From the NCBI GenBank assembly GCA_023250205.1, contig JAHFBE010000002.1, positions 4,084 to 68,083 on the forward strand: a DNA stretch of 64,000 nucleotides. The letters are read 5' to 3'. Below are positions 26,273-35,235 of the stretch, piece by piece. Every line of letters starts with the position of its first letter. The first letter of the stretch is position 1. The stretch comes from Candidatus Melainabacteria bacterium (lineage in GTDB: Bacteria; Cyanobacteriota; Vampirovibrionia; 2-02-FULL-35-15). The position numbers and the translations under genes were made by a program. A model generated the notes under the pieces. The model had not been told where the DNA came from. It was given only the letters and a program-made list of their open reading frames with translations, and did no database searches.

Positions 26273-27652
26273 ATGTCAGTCATATCCTCAGCATTATTAA
26301 GAGTAACGCCGTTATTTCTGTTTCTTGCACCGGCAGATGTTACTAATTTGCCATCTAATGCAGATGCAAAACCTCCTATTGCTTTAGATAAAGTAACACC
26401 TTACAAAGAAGTAGCTGGTAGAGCTAAAGTACAAAAATCTTCTGCTTATACTTTTGTAAATAAGGGATCTGGACAAGTTAAAACAGTTTTAATGGGAGTC
26501 GATTTAAGTTTTAATGGAGAACTTGTTGAACTGCAGAAGAATTTTTTAAAAGAGTTTTGCTCTAGAAATCCTCAGTCAAAAGTAATTCTCCTTTATGATC
26601 CAAGATGTAATATAAATAATATTAAGAAAAGCTTGACAGATATAGTGGTATTAAAAAATGTTTGCCTTATTCAAACTAAAGAAGGGCAATCATATAGATG
26701 GACACAAGATCCAGTTGTCTTTTTAAACAACCCAGATAAAAATGAAATTGTTGCATTATCAAATGCTAATTGTTCTTTTCCAAAGGCTCTTTTAGATTCT
26801 AATATTGTTTCAAATGTTATAACTCCAGCAAATTCTAATGTTCTTATCGATGGGGGAGATTTTAGAGCTATTGCAGGTCCAGATGGTCCTATTCTGATTA
26901 TAGGTCTTGAAAGAAAATTGATGGGAAAAAGTAGAGACCCTAAAAGTGTTATCGCTGTAATCAGTGAGTATATAAATGAGTTTAGCCTTTATGGATTTAG
27001 ACCTGAAAATATTATATTTCGCGGAGGGAACCCAGATGAAATAACTTTTAATCAGGCATTAAAAAATATGCCACAAGAAGAGTTACAGTTTTTGCACCCA
27101 TCTATTTTTATTATGGGAGATCAAGAAATTCCAACTAAATCGTTTATTGGTTACCATTCAGATCTTCAAATATTTGAGACTGGAATACGTGATAAAAAAG
27201 AAAGACCAATTCTTATGATAAGTAAACCTTTGATTTTATATGACAAACATTTTCAAGCTTTGTTGTCTAATACTAAAAATGAAGAAGAAAAGTTACAACT
27301 TAGACAAAGTCAAAAATGGTGGAACAATATTTATGAAAAAGAAAATAAACGATATATTGATAGAGGCTTTTCGGTACGACCTTTACCCTTTGGTGAAATA
27401 ACTAAAAAAGATGATAGAGGCGTTTGCTTGGTTAACTATACAAATGTAGTTTCTAATACGAACTTAAATAAGAAAAGAGAAATTTACTTGCCAGTGCAGG
27501 GAAATGATCATTACTTTGATGTGGAGGCAATAAATGTTTATAGAAATGTCTATGGAAATAGTGCTGACATTATTCCCGTTATAGGAAGTGAGCAAATGGG
27601 TCCTGATTGTGGACTTTTAAATTGTTTATTTAATGTCGTAGAACGACAGTAG
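26273..27652 (+). CDS. hypothetical secreted protein
   Basis: 459-aa ORF with a hydrophobic N-terminus. There is only a weak resemblance to guanidino-modifying (pentein) enzymes, in IDGGDF and the C-terminal GLLNC. Confidence 0.45.
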   Translation: MSVISSALLRVTPLFLFLAPADVTNLPSNADAKPPIALDKVTPYKEVAGRAKVQKSSAYTFVNKGSGQVKTVLMGVDLSFNGELVELQKNFLKEFCSRNPQSKVILLYDPRCNINNIKKSLTDIVVLKNVCLIQTKEGQSYRWTQDPVVFLNNPDKNEIVALSNANCSFPKALLDSNIVSNVITPANSNVLIDGGDFRAIAGPDGPILIIGLERKLMGKSRDPKSVIAVISEYINEFSLYGFRPENIIFRGGNPDEITFNQALKNMPQEELQFLHPSIFIMGDQEIPTKSFIGYHSDLQIFETGIRDKKERPILMISKPLILYDKHFQALLSNTKNEEEKLQLRQSQKWWNNIYEKENKRYIDRGFSVRPLPFGEITKKDDRGVCLVNYTNVVSNTNLNKKREIYLPVQGNDHYFDVEAINVYRNVYGNSADIIPVIGSEQMGPDCGLLNCLFNVVERQ

Positions 27653-27667
27653 TATAATATTCTCTGT

Positions 27668-28480
27668 ATGACATCAAATAATAAATTAGCTATAGTTGCT
27701 GGGAATGGAGAACTTCCAGTGCTTCTTATAAAATCTGCTCAAGAACAGGGTTTTACTACTTGTGCTCTTGCTGTTACTGATGAGGCGAAATATAAACTTG
27801 AAGGATTATGTGATAAGGTTTATAGATTTTATCCCGGACAAATCACGAAAATGTTAAATTGCATTAAGTCTGAAGTAATCCACCAAGCTGTTTTTATAGG
27901 AAAAGTTCCAAAGCTAGATTTGTTGCGGAATCTTCATAAGCTTGATTGGTTAGCAATTAAAAATCTAAGCAGACTTTCAAATTTAAATGATGACTCTATC
28001 CATGACTCAATAGTTAGTTTACTTAAACAATATGATATTGAAATCCTTCCACAGACCAAGTTTTTAAAGCATTTATTTCTAGAAAAAGAAGTTTTAAGTA
28101 AAAGAAAACCAACTCTTGAAGAAAGAGTGGATATTGAATATGGGTTTGATGTGGCAAAGAAAGTTGCCAGCCTTGATATTGGACAGACTGTGGTAGTTAA
28201 AAATAAAATGATTTTAGCTGTTGAAGCTATAGAAGGAACAGATGAAGCTATTAAAAGGGGATGCTCACTCTCAAAAGGAGATGTGATAGTGGTAAAAGTC
28301 TCAAAACCTAATCAGGATGAGCGTTTTGACATACCTACAATAGGGGAAAGAACTATTCATTCTTTGGCAAATAATGGTGGTGGCATCTTAGCTTTTGAAG
28401 CAAATAAGACAATTGTTACTGATAAAGAACAGTTAATTACCCTGGCAAACAAATTAAATATTTGCTTAATTGCTATTTGA
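27668..28480 (+). CDS. lpxI: UDP-2,3-diacylglucosamine diphosphatase LpxI (DUF1009)
   Basis: Motifs LAIVAGNGELP, LDIGQTVVVKNKMILAVEAIEGTDEAIKRG and ERFDIPTIGERTI. Confidence 0.82.
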   Translation: MTSNNKLAIVAGNGELPVLLIKSAQEQGFTTCALAVTDEAKYKLEGLCDKVYRFYPGQITKMLNCIKSEVIHQAVFIGKVPKLDLLRNLHKLDWLAIKNLSRLSNLNDDSIHDSIVSLLKQYDIEILPQTKFLKHLFLEKEVLSKRKPTLEERVDIEYGFDVAKKVASLDIGQTVVVKNKMILAVEAIEGTDEAIKRGCSLSKGDVIVVKVSKPNQDERFDIPTIGERTIHSLANNGGGILAFEANKTIVTDKEQLITLANKLNICLIAI

Positions 28481-28483
28481 GTT

Positions 28484-31090
28484 TTACTTACATTTAATCG
28501 TGTCATTTAGATCTATAGATCCATCATTTTTATTTGCACATGTAAGCTTTTTGCTATAGCAAGAAGCCAAATTGTCAGGATTTGAACATGTTGGGGTTAG
28601 TCCACGAGAACAAACTGCTTTATTGTTCTCTGTACATCTAGGAGTGCCTCTACTTGCCAGATCAAATGGACAGATGCATTTGCATGCTTGTTTATCTTCC
28701 CTGCAAGAATTAAAGCGTTTTCCTGATGGACAAAGTTTTTTAGTGTTGCAGGATGTGGTATCTTCGTCAGATGATCTGAGAATTCCAGTAGTGCAATATG
28801 CTGAGTTTACACTTAAAACTGTGCTACTTACATTCCTACATCCAGGACCAGATAAATCATTTACAAAACCTAATGATGAACCGCAGGTTGGGATGTTTGT
28901 GCTGCTGTTTGTGCAAAGAGGGGATCCAGTATTGCACATGATAGAGCCATTGGAACAGAATGGAGAAGCATTTGGAAGTGCGCAGAATTGAGAAATTTGA
29001 CCTGAACAATTTGGTCTTCCACGGCAGGGATCAATGACTACGCATACCTCACCATTTCTACATATAGCAGAACCACATTGAGCAGTTGAGCCACTGCTTG
29101 AGGATGAAGTAGCACATGGGTCAACTAAATAATTTATAAGAATACATTGATTGCCTAGGCAATTGTATTTTTGGTAAGTCATACCGCTTGGACATGTACC
29201 TATTGGACAATTGCTAGATACTGTACATGAAGGACCTCCACTTGAAGAACTTGTAGAACATGGAACAGGATTATTTGCAATGGCGAGAACACTGTTTTTT
29301 GCAGATTCAAGAGCAGTGAATACAGTATTTGAATCTGAGTTATTTATTCCAGGAACAGGTTGTAGCCCCTGGGTATTTGGATCATAATCATATTCTTGCC
29401 CAAGCCTAAGAGCTGTAAGCAGACCCTCATAATTAAAAACCTTTTCCAGATAAACATTAAAATTTGGATTAGTATCCAGGCAGATATTTATAGAAGAAAT
29501 AGAAGAGTAAAAGCTTTTAGATCTGTTTAAATCGTTCAGATAAAGTTTAACCTTAGCTATTTCTGCTTTTACAAGGTTTGGATCACTCAAGCCGTTTGGG
29601 TTTTGAAGAGTAGTTAGCCCAGAGACTGCACAGGAGAGAGTTTCCCCTGCAAATATTGCAGCTAAAAGATATTGTAAGTCACCAATTCTTATGTTTGCAA
29701 CAGTTATTTTTGTGTTGATTTCAGCAAGTCTGTCTACTATACTCATATTTACGGTGTATGGGCTTAGTGGAATTGGGACAATGGAGTATCTAATATTAGA
29801 AACAGGCTCTAGAGAGTCTGCATTCCCGGAGATATTTAATGTTCTGAATGATCCTTGGCATGGATTATTGATTGGAAATGAACAATCTATGTCACTTTGA
29901 AGTGCTTGAATTGTAAGCCTTTCCTGAGTTAGAACAGAGAACATATATGCAGAATTAGAAGCATTATTACCATAAACGCCAATACCTGAAACAGCTTGAA
30001 TCCCAGGAGTGCTTGGATCTGCATCAAATTCTTGTCCAAGATAAAGAGCACTTATTAACCCTTCAAGATTAACTATAAATCGTAGTTTAGTATTAAAAAA
30101 TATATTAGTAACTAAACAGAATTTAAAACTTGAGAAGCTTGTCCAGAAATCTCTTACATTTGTTATTAAACTTATATAAGAGTTTATTCCATTAATGGCA
30201 TTGGTAACTTCAGATAGGCTTGAATTATTAACCCCGGAAACTACACATGGTTTGGTTGTGTTGTTTATAATGGCATTTTTTAGATTTTCAAGAACAGTTT
30301 TTCTTTCATTTGCAATTGAAAGTTTTGTATTTGCTTCACTTACTCTGCTCTGAGGACTAAATGAGTTTGTGTATGGGGATAATGGAATTGGCACTAATGA
30401 ACAATTCCCTGGACAATTTAGTGTTCCACAGCCAGTCTGACAACCATTCTCATCTCTTGGAATATTTATATAAGTACAACTTGTTGGAGGAGCAGGGCAT
30501 GGTGGAGGATTACACTGACAACTTAACGTTCCACAGCCAGTCTGACAGCCATTCTCATCTCTTGGAATATTTATATAAGTGCAACCTGATGGTGGAGCAG
30601 GGCATGGCGGAGGGTTACATTGACAGCTCAATGTCCCACAGCCGGTTGGACAACCATTTATATCCTTTGGAATATTTATATAGGTACAGCCTGTTGGTGG
30701 AGCAGGGCATGATAAAATCGGACAAATAACTGGTTCGCAATATGCACATTGTGAGCAGGTTTGAGGAACAAGCTTATATCCAGGTTGGCATAGAGGTATT
30801 ACCTGAGGACATACAACACAATTACTCGTTGTACAAGTTACTGAACCGGGAAAAATAGAAAGAGAAGTTCGACAACTTGGCCCAAAAACATTACTACAAA
30901 TTACCTCGCCGCTTTTTCCTCCACTACAGATAGGAGTTCCACTAGGCACACAGGTTGGGATTCCGTTTGAACAGGAAACATCTGCTGAAAACACAGGGAT
31001 AAAGCCTTGAATTATAAAAACATAGAGGGTAGAAATTACTATTATTGATGACCTTAAATAATTAAGAATAAGATTCTTATTAAACTGCAT
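28484..31090 (-). CDS. Cys-rich secreted array protein (868 aa from the internal ATG; fifth in transcription order)
   Basis: The track ORF (28484..31324) overlaps the upstream gene. The ATG at 31090 has AGGAGGG 8 bp upstream and gives the signal-like N-terminus MQFNKNLILNYLRSSIIVISTLYVFIIQGFIPVFSA. The protein contains 3 repeats of 35 aa, 2 repeats of about 150 aa, and a C-terminal 18-Cys module. Confidence 0.7.
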   Translation of the reverse strand: MQFNKNLILNYLRSSIIVISTLYVFIIQGFIPVFSADVSCSNGIPTCVPSGTPICSGGKSGEVICSNVFGPSCRTSLSIFPGSVTCTTSNCVVCPQVIPLCQPGYKLVPQTCSQCAYCEPVICPILSCPAPPTGCTYINIPKDINGCPTGCGTLSCQCNPPPCPAPPSGCTYINIPRDENGCQTGCGTLSCQCNPPPCPAPPTSCTYINIPRDENGCQTGCGTLNCPGNCSLVPIPLSPYTNSFSPQSRVSEANTKLSIANERKTVLENLKNAIINNTTKPCVVSGVNNSSLSEVTNAINGINSYISLITNVRDFWTSFSSFKFCLVTNIFFNTKLRFIVNLEGLISALYLGQEFDADPSTPGIQAVSGIGVYGNNASNSAYMFSVLTQERLTIQALQSDIDCSFPINNPCQGSFRTLNISGNADSLEPVSNIRYSIVPIPLSPYTVNMSIVDRLAEINTKITVANIRIGDLQYLLAAIFAGETLSCAVSGLTTLQNPNGLSDPNLVKAEIAKVKLYLNDLNRSKSFYSSISSINICLDTNPNFNVYLEKVFNYEGLLTALRLGQEYDYDPNTQGLQPVPGINNSDSNTVFTALESAKNSVLAIANNPVPCSTSSSSGGPSCTVSSNCPIGTCPSGMTYQKYNCLGNQCILINYLVDPCATSSSSSGSTAQCGSAICRNGEVCVVIDPCRGRPNCSGQISQFCALPNASPFCSNGSIMCNTGSPLCTNSSTNIPTCGSSLGFVNDLSGPGCRNVSSTVLSVNSAYCTTGILRSSDEDTTSCNTKKLCPSGKRFNSCREDKQACKCICPFDLASRGTPRCTENNKAVCSRGLTPTCSNPDNLASCYSKKLTCANKNDGSIDLNDTIKCK
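30410..30711 (-). repeat. 3 x 105-bp coding tandem repeat
   Basis: Encodes CPAPP[TS][GS]CTYINIP[KR]D[IE]NGC[PQ]TGCGTL[SN]C(QCNPPP), three times. Confidence 0.8.
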
Positions 31091-31229
31091 ACTACACCCT
31101 CCTGTACTTGCAATAAATTTTTGTTGATATTTTTTAACTAATGGATTAGAACAAATGTTTCTTAAGAAAACTTTAAAGTAGACATTAAAATAAATTAATG
31201 TTGTGAAATTAATGGTTAGTACTAAATTT

Positions 31230-32909
31230 TTATTCTGGAGCACATCGCAAAAGTTGTGCCTTGCATTCAACAGCTCTCTCATCATCTCTACAACAATCTG
31301 GTGTTTTTTGAGGGTATCCTGCAATGCATTTTGGTTTATAGTCTGAGTTTGTACAATAGGCCTTTAGTCCATTTGAACACTTGACTTGTCCACTTACAGA
31401 GCAGAAAGCTTCTCCTTGTAAATTTGCGATTGGTTTAGCCTGCTTCCCTACTTCTGATTTCAAAGTAAATAGCCGTGATGAAATTCCAGCAGCAGTTGAT
31501 ACAACAAGTGTTGCATCTGTTTTTTGTGAGACTACGCTAAACGGAAAATCCAGAGTTATTCTCATTTCTGTTCCACCATTAAACACAGATACTTTTTTAA
31601 TTTCTGCTTTCAAAGTTGACGGGAAAATTGTGACATCAGTATTAGATGTTCCTTTTGGACTTTGAATAAAATTTTCTTCATTGTTGCTATCAGTGTATAA
31701 AAACGACATTCCAATAAAGTTATCTCCTCGTACACTTAAAATAACTCTGTTTTTGTTTTTGCTTATTGTGATTCTTGTAATTAATGGTTTTGATACATGC
31801 CTTCTATTTATTCCTTTTCCTTTAAAGACAGATATTTCAAATGGAATGACGATGTAAATAACTCCGTTTAGAGAAGTTCCATCACTAAGATTTAATCCGA
31901 ATCTTGTTTCTCCTCCTTTTATACTGTCGGGAATCGATAAACTTAAAATGTATCTTTCCGGTTGACCTGATATCGGTGTAACTATAAAAGGAACATCTTT
32001 GAATACAAATCCAGAACTGTCTTTTAAATCTACAGAAGCTATGGTTGTGCCAGGATTATCAGATGGAAGTTTAACTTCAAATGAAGGATTTGAACCTACG
32101 TATGCAAAGCCGGATTTATTAGCAAAATCATCAGTTACAAGAGGGAGTTCAACAACATCAGGTAGCTTCGGAGTTGAAACCACATCAATAGAAACTGTTT
32201 GAAATTCATTTCCTTCAGGAGTGACATCAGGAGAAGGGCATGATATTTTAAGTTCTGGTTTACAGGATAGTGAAATGCCATTAGATTTGCAACATTCGAT
32301 AACATTGGAAGGGTAACCAGGAAGACATTTTGGAGCGTATGTTTCATCAGAGCAAACCGCAAGTGCTCCACCAGAACAATAAACGAATTCATCCTTACAG
32401 TATGCCCCGATATCAACTGATCCTGAAGATGAGCTTGATGATGATGTGCTTGTAGAAACTTTGCAAATAGGAAGTTCTGATTTGCAGTCAAAAGATATTC
32501 CATTATTTTTACAACAGTCAATTACATTTTCAGGAAAGCCAGGCAAGCAAGTTGGTTTATATTCTGAATTACTGCATGTGGGGGTAAGACTTCCTGTGCA
32601 GGAAACAATTCCACCCGAACAAAACACTTTACTATTGTTTGTGGACGTTGTTGTTCCAGAACTTGAAGAAGAGCTGCTGCTTGATGAAGATGAGGAAGAA
32701 CTAGAGGAGATGCCTCCACCAGAAGAAGAGCTGGAACTTGATGAACTAGAGGATGAGCTGACTTGAAATAATAATTGTTGATCTGGATTTGAATTAGCAA
32801 ACGAGGATAAAGAAGAAGAGCTTTGTATTATTAAAGATGCTATAGATATACTAAGTACTAATAGAATCCTTGCTTTATTTGTCAGTGTTATATTGTTTTT
32901 ATAGAACAT
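31230..32909 (-). CDS. Cys-rich / poly-Ser secreted array protein (559 aa; fourth)
   Basis: Signal-like N-terminus and poly-Ser runs. Carries three copies of a ~52-aa 8-Cys module and a beta-rich region shared with the 714- and 889-aa paralogs. Confidence 0.7.
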   Translation of the reverse strand: MFYKNNITLTNKARILLVLSISIASLIIQSSSSLSSFANSNPDQQLLFQVSSSSSSSSSSSSSGGGISSSSSSSSSSSSSSSSSGTTTSTNNSKVFCSGGIVSCTGSLTPTCSNSEYKPTCLPGFPENVIDCCKNNGISFDCKSELPICKVSTSTSSSSSSSGSVDIGAYCKDEFVYCSGGALAVCSDETYAPKCLPGYPSNVIECCKSNGISLSCKPELKISCPSPDVTPEGNEFQTVSIDVVSTPKLPDVVELPLVTDDFANKSGFAYVGSNPSFEVKLPSDNPGTTIASVDLKDSSGFVFKDVPFIVTPISGQPERYILSLSIPDSIKGGETRFGLNLSDGTSLNGVIYIVIPFEISVFKGKGINRRHVSKPLITRITISKNKNRVILSVRGDNFIGMSFLYTDSNNEENFIQSPKGTSNTDVTIFPSTLKAEIKKVSVFNGGTEMRITLDFPFSVVSQKTDATLVVSTAAGISSRLFTLKSEVGKQAKPIANLQGEAFCSVSGQVKCSNGLKAYCTNSDYKPKCIAGYPQKTPDCCRDDERAVECKAQLLRCAPE

Positions 32910-33020
32910 AGTTTTTGCTTAAATAATGAGATTTAATAAAGTGTCCATATAGATTATGGCATAAGTACAAGGGTACTTTTCAAGGGTTTTATTTTTTTTT
33001 AAGATCTCTAAAAGCCACTA

Positions 33021-33042
33021 AAGGCGCTAAATTTAGCGCCTT
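33021..33042 (-). terminator. hairpin downstream of the 714-aa array gene
   Basis: AAGGCGCTAA-AT-TTAGCGCCTT. The flanking T-run is weak. Confidence 0.4.
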
Positions 33043-33090
33043 TAAGGAAATTAAGAATTTCTTAATTCTTGGTTAAATAGATCCCTTAAC

Positions 33091-35235
33091 TTAAGGTCCT
33101 ATATAAACTGACTTTGATACTGTACCAGAAGGAGTAGATATAACTATTACTATATCTGAACCTGTTGGTATTCCATCTTCCGAAGTGAGACTGAATTTCA
33201 GGAAATCTCCACTTGGGGAAACTGAAATATCATTTGCTTCTAAGTTAAGACTTGATGGATAAACAGTTACATTGGTATTTGGATCATTTGAAGGATTTAC
33301 TACAAACTTTGTACTGTTGTTTTCTTCAAAGAAGAATGCTTTACCGACGAAATACTTACCTTTTATAGTGAGGTCAATATTATCACTGCTAACATTTGAA
33401 TTAACTCTTAAAACAGTTGGTTCAAATACTGGCTTTGTGCTTCTCTTCTTGCCACTAAACACTTTAGCTTTTAGAGGAGAAACTATATAAATTACACCAG
33501 CATAAGAATTTCCGTTATTTGTAATTAATGCAAATCTTAATTCACCATTGCTTACTTTGTTTGGGATTGACAGACCAAGGATGTAAGTATCATTGCTTTC
33601 ATCAACTTTACTGAGAGTAAATGGAACTTTCTTATAAATACTTCCATTTGAGTCTTTTAAGTCAACAATATTTATTTGAGAATTTAAACCTGAAAGGTTA
33701 ATTTCAAATGATGGATTGGAACCAGAATATGCAACTCCAGCTACACCAACGTAGTTGTCTGGAATTAATGTTCCTTCGTTAGTATTTGGAAGATCTGGGC
33801 TAGAAATAATTTGTACTGAAACATCGTCAAATTCATTTCCAACTCCGTTAAATATTCTTGATCCACCGGATGAAGAGCTAGATGAAGATCCCCCACTACT
33901 TGAAGAAGAGGAAGAACCAGATGAACTGCTTCCACCAGAAGATGAGCTAGATGAAGATCCACCGCTGCTTGAAGAAGAGGAAGAACTAGATGAACTGCTT
34001 CCACCAGATGAAGAGCTTGAAGAAGAACCTCCACTACTTGAAGAAGAGGAAGAACTAGATGAACTGCTTCCACCAGAAGATGAGCTAGATGAAGATCCAC
34101 CACTGCTTGAAGAAGAGGAAGAACTAGATGAACTGCTTCCACCGGATGAAGAGCTAGATGAAGATCCACCACTGCTTGAAGAAGAGGAAGAACCAGATGA
34201 ACTGCTTGATGAGGTAATACAGTAAGGAATTCTCGCGGTGTGATCGGTATTATTATGGCAGTAAGGCGTACTGTTTAGACACAGGAATGATTCACTACCA
34301 GTACAGTCAGGGATTGTTCCTGAAGAGCAATAAGCTCCGCTTGTGCAGGAAGGTTGAATACAATTTGGAGTTCTTGCTGTTCCAATTGGAGAACCATTCA
34401 TAACACAATATGGCATAGAATCAACGCACTGATAAGTTTCACTAGCTGTACAGTCTGGAATAAATCCTCCATCACAGAAAGAACCATCTCCCATACAGGC
34501 TGGAGACACGCAGTTTGGTACTCTGCAAATTTGAGTACTACTATCAAAACAACAAGGAATATCGCCTACGCCACCAATACATTTAAATCTTTCAGGGAAA
34601 GTACAATTTGGAACAAGTCCTGGCATACAGAAACTTCCACTGCTTGAGCATGTAGGGATTATACAATTTGGAGTTCTTTTATCAAAAGTAGTTTTATTTA
34701 TACAAACAGGAGTTTCCATTGTTGTACCAATACAGTTGAAATCTTCATTAGAAGTACAATCTGGGATATAGCCGTTTGAGCAAAATGTACCAGTTGAACA
34801 AAGTGGTGTAGAACCAGAAGATGAACTTGTTGTAGAAGAAGAAGTTGTAGATGTAGAGGATGTTGTAGATGATGTAGAAGATATCTGAGAACAGATAAAA
34901 GTGATATCAGGTCTGCAATTAAGAGCGATGCCAGTGCCTCTACAACATTCAATTGGTTGAAAATTTGGATCGCCAAAGCATGTTGGTATGTAATTTGGAT
35001 CTGCACAGCTTACAGTTAAACCACTGCTACATTGAGCCATTCCGCTAACGCAGAATACACTGGTTTGAATTATCTGGGCATCGGCCTGAAATGAACTTTT
35101 TTCAAAGTCAGGAACTGAAAATAAATTTTTAAAATTGAAATTAAATGAAGATAAAACAGTTAAGTTAAGTACAATTATCAAAAATAAGCTAACTGTAAGC
35201 TTAAAAACTTGAGCTTTATTTGACGATCTATTCAT
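33091..35235 (-). CDS. Cys-rich / poly-Ser secreted array protein (714 aa; third)
   Basis: Signal-like N-terminus, one 8-Cys module, four ~50-aa Cys repeats and a ~119-aa Ser/Gly linker. The C-terminal ~250 aa are shared with the paralogs. Confidence 0.7.
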   Translation of the reverse strand: MNRSSNKAQVFKLTVSLFLIIVLNLTVLSSFNFNFKNLFSVPDFEKSSFQADAQIIQTSVFCVSGMAQCSSGLTVSCADPNYIPTCFGDPNFQPIECCRGTGIALNCRPDITFICSQISSTSSTTSSTSTTSSSTTSSSSGSTPLCSTGTFCSNGYIPDCTSNEDFNCIGTTMETPVCINKTTFDKRTPNCIIPTCSSSGSFCMPGLVPNCTFPERFKCIGGVGDIPCCFDSSTQICRVPNCVSPACMGDGSFCDGGFIPDCTASETYQCVDSMPYCVMNGSPIGTARTPNCIQPSCTSGAYCSSGTIPDCTGSESFLCLNSTPYCHNNTDHTARIPYCITSSSSSSGSSSSSSSGGSSSSSSSGGSSSSSSSSSSSSGGSSSSSSSGGSSSSSSSSSSSSGGSSSSSSSGGSSSSSSSSSSSSGGSSSSSSSGGSSSSGSSSSSSSGGSSSSSSSGGSRIFNGVGNEFDDVSVQIISSPDLPNTNEGTLIPDNYVGVAGVAYSGSNPSFEINLSGLNSQINIVDLKDSNGSIYKKVPFTLSKVDESNDTYILGLSIPNKVSNGELRFALITNNGNSYAGVIYIVSPLKAKVFSGKKRSTKPVFEPTVLRVNSNVSSDNIDLTIKGKYFVGKAFFFEENNSTKFVVNPSNDPNTNVTVYPSSLNLEANDISVSPSGDFLKFSLTSEDGIPTGSDIVIVISTPSGTVSKSVYIGP
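33859..34215 (-). repeat. about 5 x 69-bp coding tandem repeat (Ser/Gly linker)
   Basis: Encodes (GG S7 GG S12)n over roughly 119 aa. The DNA units are visibly near-identical. Confidence 0.8.

Noticed and set aside
31091-31324. A 78-aa N-terminal extension of the 946-aa track ORF, overlapping the 3' end of the upstream gene.
   Set aside because: The internal ATG at 31090 has a strong AGGAGGG Shine-Dalgarno sequence and yields a proper signal-like N-terminus. The extension has neither feature.
33755-34225. Plus-strand ORF of 156 aa (EEELDELLPP repeats), plus similar ORFs at 32446..32766, 33765..34172, 37212..37400 and 32522..32800.
   Set aside because: These are alternative-frame or antisense readings of the poly-Ser coding tracts of the array genes. 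Low-complexity DNA stays open in several frames, so they are not independent genes.
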